Virus record (IMG/VR): IMGVR_UViG_3300032135_000027
Coordinates: 1-37,809 of that record
Reading direction: 5' to 3' (one strand)
Length of the DNA: 37,809 bases
Source of the DNA: a virus
Lineage: Duplodnaviria; Caudoviricetes
The notes below the pieces were generated by a model. The model was not told where the DNA came from. It did not search any database and saw only the letters and a program-made list of their open reading frames with translations. A program made the translations under genes and the position numbers. How positions within the stretch are numbered: position 1 is the stretch's first letter; each line of letters begins with the position of its first letter. Below are positions 34,357 to 37,809 of this stretch, piece by piece.

Positions 34357-35087
34357 GCGCGGCACCGTACTACCAGGACGACAGCGTGACGTTGTATCAC
34401 GGGGACTCGCGCACGATCATGGCCGAACTTGCCTCCGCGAGCATCGACCTCATCCTGACCGACCCGCCGTACAACGTCACCGAGATCAACGGCCGCGACG
34501 GCACCACCACCGGCAAGGTGAAGCGCAAGGACGGGACCTACCGCGAGGTCACCAAGAACTTCGGCGAATGGGACCGGGGCTTCGATCCGACCGAACTGCT
34601 AACGAGCGCCGAGCGCCTGCTCGTCCATCGCGGCGGCTTCATCGCCTTCACATCCGACCGTCTGCTCGGCGACTACATCGCGGGTCCGCTCCACCACATG
34701 CGGACGCTCGTCTGGGAAAAGACCAACCCGACGCCGCAGTTCCCGGGCAACTACCAGTCCGCGTGCGAGTGGATCGTCTGGAAGGGCAATGGTGGCCCGC
34801 CGAAGTTCAACGCGGGCGGCGCTGTCTCGAACGTCTACAACGCGCCGATCCCCTCGGGAAAGGTCCACCCCTGCGAGAAGCCGCACAGCATCCTCGATCG
34901 GCTGATTGAGCGTCACTCCGACGTCGCCGCGCTGATTCTCGACCCATTCGCTGGATCAGGAACAACGCTCCGGAGCGCGAAGGACCTCGGTCGCCGCGCT
35001 GTGGGAATCGAGATCGATGAGCGCTACTGCGAACTCATCGCCAAGCGACTCTCGCAGGACTGCCTCGACCTAGGCGGTGCCGCATGA
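34353..35087 (+). CDS. N6-adenine/N4-cytosine DNA methyltransferase, beta class (orphan)
   Basis: 'LYHGD', catalytic 'TDPPYN' before SAM-binding 'LDPFAGSGTT', 'HPCEKP', 'GIEIDERY'. Confidence 0.92.
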   Translation: MSAAPYYQDDSVTLYHGDSRTIMAELASASIDLILTDPPYNVTEINGRDGTTTGKVKRKDGTYREVTKNFGEWDRGFDPTELLTSAERLLVHRGGFIAFTSDRLLGDYIAGPLHHMRTLVWEKTNPTPQFPGNYQSACEWIVWKGNGGPPKFNAGGAVSNVYNAPIPSGKVHPCEKPHSILDRLIERHSDVAALILDPFAGSGTTLRSAKDLGRRAVGIEIDERYCELIAKRLSQDCLDLGGAA

Positions 35088-35266
35088 CGCTCACGCCGCG
35101 GGTCGTCCACGCGACCGAGACAGACCCCGAGCCGGAGATGCGCTTCACGTATCTGTTCATCTGCGAATACCACGACCGGCCCCGCACGCTCTCCACCTCG
35201 AACACCGAGACGGACATCTACCGCGGATGGGCTCGAGTGCACGCCGACTGTGAGGAGAAGCGATGA
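35084..35266 (+). CDS. hypothetical protein
   Basis: ATGA overlaps at both ends. Confidence 0.55.
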   Translation: MTLTPRVVHATETDPEPEMRFTYLFICEYHDRPRTLSTSNTETDIYRGWARVHADCEEKR

Positions 35267-35637
35267 CCGACCGAGTGGCTGACGAGACCTTCACGCGTGG
35301 GCTCGCGCTGGGACCACACGACGCGTTCCTGCTCGACACCCTCTGTCGCCCCATCAGCGAGACATTCGGCATGTGCTACCTCGTCGGATCGGTCCTGACC
35401 CGGCGTGATCCCCGCGACATCGACATCAGGTGCATGGTCCCCGACGATGACTCGCTCGCGACACCGTCCATCCGCCGCCAAATCCTCAACGCCCACATCT
35501 CGGCGTCGCTGAGCGTGGCCACGAGGCTGCCCGTCGACTTCCAGTTCCAGGGCACCACCGAGGGCAACACGATGCAGTCTCAGACGCCCCGAAGCGCACT
35601 CGGACTCGGCTACGCATGGAGAGAGGACGAGCGATGA
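35263..35637 (+). CDS. minimal nucleotidyltransferase-fold protein
   Basis: Pol-beta superfamily signature 'YLVGS......RDIDIR' and a third acidic residue in 'PVDFQFQ'. Confidence 0.68.
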   Translation: MTDRVADETFTRGLALGPHDAFLLDTLCRPISETFGMCYLVGSVLTRRDPRDIDIRCMVPDDDSLATPSIRRQILNAHISASLSVATRLPVDFQFQGTTEGNTMQSQTPRSALGLGYAWREDER

Positions 35638-35912
35638 CCGCCACCCTCGTCGACACCGACGTGCTCACCGACCTCGACTTCATGCCCGCGCTGCCCTGCG
35701 AGCTCGGCGCCCATGACATCAAGTGCCCCGGCAACCTCCCAGCCGCATGGCGTGTGTTCGGCAACTGCCCCGGATGTCACCGCCGCGTCGACTTCCTCGT
35801 CTGCGAACCCGGACGGCGCCGCAAAGTCGAGGACTGGACCGGCTGCGAATCATGCGGCCACTGCCACTCGTGGCGCGATGCATACACCGTCATTCCGATC
35901 GAAGGGCCCTGA
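35634..35912 (+). CDS. Cys-rich hypothetical protein
   Basis: ATGA-coupled; several CxxC motifs. Confidence 0.6.
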   Translation: MTATLVDTDVLTDLDFMPALPCELGAHDIKCPGNLPAAWRVFGNCPGCHRRVDFLVCEPGRRRKVEDWTGCESCGHCHSWRDAYTVIPIEGP

Positions 35913-36022
35913 TGAACGCCAGGTGGGTTTGCCAGTTCTGCGGGGCGCCGTCGGTCGTGCCCAGCATCAACCTCGAGCACGAGCTCAAGTGCGTCGCACG
36001 ACCAAACACGGGGGAAAAGTGA
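35912..36022 (+). CDS. 36-aa C2HC zinc-finger-like peptide
   Basis: MNARWVCQFCGAPSVVPSINLEHELKC...; coupled overlaps at both ends. Confidence 0.5.
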   Translation: MNARWVCQFCGAPSVVPSINLEHELKCVARPNTGEK

Positions 36023-36270
36023 GCGACAAGACCAGGATGGATATTGAGGACGCGATCCGGGCGCACATCGCGGACGAGTCGACCAACGGGGACATGCTCA
36101 CGGGGTTCGTCGTGCTGGCGACGTCGTTCCCGTCGGCCGTGATCGAGGACGGGTTCGCCTCCTACTGGCGCGTCTGGCCCAAGACGCAGCCGATCCACAT
36201 CAGCCTCGGGCTGATCGAGCAGTACCGGTCGAGCTACTACGCCGCTTCGAGCAACGAGGAGATCGAGTGA
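36019..36270 (+). CDS. hypothetical protein
   Basis: GTGA-coupled; 'IEDAIRAHIADE...LTGFVV...QPIHISLGL'. Confidence 0.62.
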   Translation: MSDKTRMDIEDAIRAHIADESTNGDMLTGFVVLATSFPSAVIEDGFASYWRVWPKTQPIHISLGLIEQYRSSYYAASSNEEIE

Positions 36271-37037
36271 CGACGACCCGCGCGTGCGTAGAAGGGTGCA
36301 CGATTCGTAATCAACACCTCACGACATGCGAGACGAGAGATCGGGCCGTCGATCCGTGTCTCGGGTGCCTTCCGCGCCCGGCGGAGTTCGGTCTGCTCTG
36401 TGCGTTTGCGTGGCAACGACTGCACGCGGACATCATCGACGCGGCGCCGCTCGTGCGACACCTGCGCTACATCGCCGAACCCCACGCCGGCACGAAGCCA
36501 CCGTCCGACGGACGCGGCATGGGCGACCCTGCAGAGGGCTCGGTCCTGAGTGGCGCTGTCGACGCGGCTGACGAGGTTCACGCCAACCTCGCATCGTGGG
36601 CGCTGCTCATCCTCGAGGAGCACCCGAACGGGCCGCAGATGGCGGGACCTGACGAGCGTGGGGCGTGGCTCACGCAGTACGGGGCGACCGCTGGTGTGCG
36701 ACAGCCTGAAGCGACCGAGCGCCTGGTGCGCTGGCTGCTGCCGCACCTCGCCTGGTGCTCGGAGCAGGAGTGGGCCGGGGAGATGCGCCTCGAGCTGGGG
36801 TCGCTCATGGCGACGACCAAGGCGCGGTGGCCGATGGAGGACTACCGCACCCGGCCCGTGGTCGGCGTCCAGTGCGTCTCGTGCGAGCGGCGATCGTTGG
36901 AGTACACGCCGACAGCGGGCTTCAAGTTGCCGTTCCACGTCCAGTGCACACACCCCGACTGTGGGCGGATGTACACCGAGGACGAGTACGACGGGATCAT
37001 CGGGCGGCTGACGATCGAGCGGGGGTACGTGGCGTGA
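36267..37037 (+). CDS. conserved actinophage protein with C-terminal Zn ribbon (possible late regulator)
   Basis: Position before HTH, late promoter and HNH; 'CVSC...QCTHPDCGRMY'. Confidence 0.65.
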   Translation: MTTTRACVEGCTIRNQHLTTCETRDRAVDPCLGCLPRPAEFGLLCAFAWQRLHADIIDAAPLVRHLRYIAEPHAGTKPPSDGRGMGDPAEGSVLSGAVDAADEVHANLASWALLILEEHPNGPQMAGPDERGAWLTQYGATAGVRQPEATERLVRWLLPHLAWCSEQEWAGEMRLELGSLMATTKARWPMEDYRTRPVVGVQCVSCERRSLEYTPTAGFKLPFHVQCTHPDCGRMYTEDEYDGIIGRLTIERGYVA

Positions 37038-37050
37038 TGGGCGTGGCTCG

Positions 37051-37290
37051 ATGATCGACACGACCGGTGTCGAGTGGCTGACGGTGGCAGAGGCTGCGCG
37101 CGTGGTTCGGGTGTTGCCGGGGACGATTCGCAAGTGGGCGAGCCCAGAGCGAGGACTGGTCGAGTCGCACAGGCACCGAGGGCGGCTGATGGTCAGGCTG
37201 CCAGACGTGATGGACGCCGAGTTGGCATGGCGCAAGTCAGGACGCGTGAGAAGTCCGGCGACGCAAAGCCTTGACAAGAACGATTCCTAG
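37051..37290 (+). CDS. HTH DNA-binding protein
   Basis: 'WLTVAEAARVVRVLPGTIRKW...G...VRLPDV..AE'. Confidence 0.75.
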   Translation: MIDTTGVEWLTVAEAARVVRVLPGTIRKWASPERGLVESHRHRGRLMVRLPDVMDAELAWRKSGRVRSPATQSLDKNDS

Positions 37291-37299
37291 TCTCATCAT
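37271..37299 (+). promoter_or_regulatory. putative late promoter
   Basis: TTGACA-17 nt-CATCAT upstream of the HNH and packaging genes. Confidence 0.6.
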
Positions 37300-37306
37300 T
37301 AGCACT

Positions 37307-37341
37307 AGAGGCGCGCGCCCTAAAACTGGGCGGGCGTCTTT
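37307..37341 (+). terminator. promoter-proximal hairpin (possible attenuator)
   Basis: AGAGGCGCGCGCCC-TAAAACT-GGGCGGGCGTCTTT. Confidence 0.5.
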
Positions 37342-37458
37342 AGTCTGGGTGACGATGCCCCGGACCACACACTCCCCGTTCGTGCATGAGACCCCCGGAC
37401 CAACAACTGAGCAGCCGGGCGAGACGCCGTGTGCGGGCGGGGCTAGGCGAGGTAGAGC

Positions 37459-37761
37459 ATGGCTACATCGAGGACAGGAACTGCGAAGCACAAGAACCTG
37501 CGCACCCAGGCCATGCACGACGCACGACAAGCCGGACAGACGGCGTGCCCCATATGCCGCCACCCCCTCGACTGGGACGGACCTCGAGGATTGCGCTCGC
37601 CTGAGATGGATCACCTCAAGACGGTCGAGCATGGTGGACAGGACGAGAGCACGAACGTCCGCATCATCTGCGGGGACTGCAACCGGAAGCGACGAGGCCG
37701 CGAACGACTGGCTAGGTCGGTCGCTGTACGTGATCCGATCATTACAAGCCAGGCTTGGTGA
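37459..37761 (+). CDS. HNH endonuclease (packaging-associated)
   Basis: 'CPIC...EMDHL....GG.D...NVRIICGDCNRKR'; last gene before the genome end. Confidence 0.9.
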   Translation: MATSRTGTAKHKNLRTQAMHDARQAGQTACPICRHPLDWDGPRGLRSPEMDHLKTVEHGGQDESTNVRIICGDCNRKRRGRERLARSVAVRDPIITSQAW

Positions 37762-37809
37762 ATCCTTGATCCCCCGGGGCCACCCCCTCCCCTACTAAGA
37801 GGGGTCGTA
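37762..37809. other. putative cos-containing genome end
   Basis: Short non-coding G/C-tract region between HNH and, circularly, terS, which is the usual cos location. Confidence 0.5.

Noticed and set aside
31104-35087. Complete restriction-modification system
   Set aside because: The only nearby nuclease (32457-32828) has resolvase motifs and context; no cognate restriction enzyme was recognised.

Overview
This window looks like an essentially complete genome of a temperate, high-GC actinobacterial siphophage, apparently opened at or near its cohesive ends (HNH gene at the right end, small terminase at the left end). Gene order, almost all on the + strand: packaging and head (49-6597); neck and tail, including a -1 frameshifted tail chaperone, tape measure, Dit-like and Tal-like genes (6594-16411); lysis cassette (16939-18320); a second fibre/depolymerase-like block (18322-21397) closed by an intrinsic terminator; a small accessory operon (21641-23644); attP at a tRNA T-loop plus a tyrosine integrase (23590-25042); an immunity switch (25057-26237); early, recombination and replication genes (Xis, PD-(D/E)xK exonuclease, Rad52-like annealase, ASCH, two orphan DNA methyltransferases, WhiB, resolvase, replication initiator, minimal nucleotidyltransferase); and a late promoter followed by HNH. 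No lysin B is visible, which suggests a host without mycolic acids (inference). Most notable: (1) a PafBC/RecA-NDp-type DNA-damage promoter driving a leaderless micro-ORF and a small ImmA-like ORF head-on into a repressor with no autocleavage domain, a candidate RecA/LexA-independent induction switch; (2) a stand-alone integrase arm-binding-like ORF that reads across the attP arm sites; (3) two antisense leaderless membrane-protein genes inside the tail operon; (4) an internal start site in the endolysin; (5) a BNR/propeller domain fused to the Tal-like protein and a second fibre module after the lysis genes. All functional calls come from motifs recognised by eye; no database searches were run.
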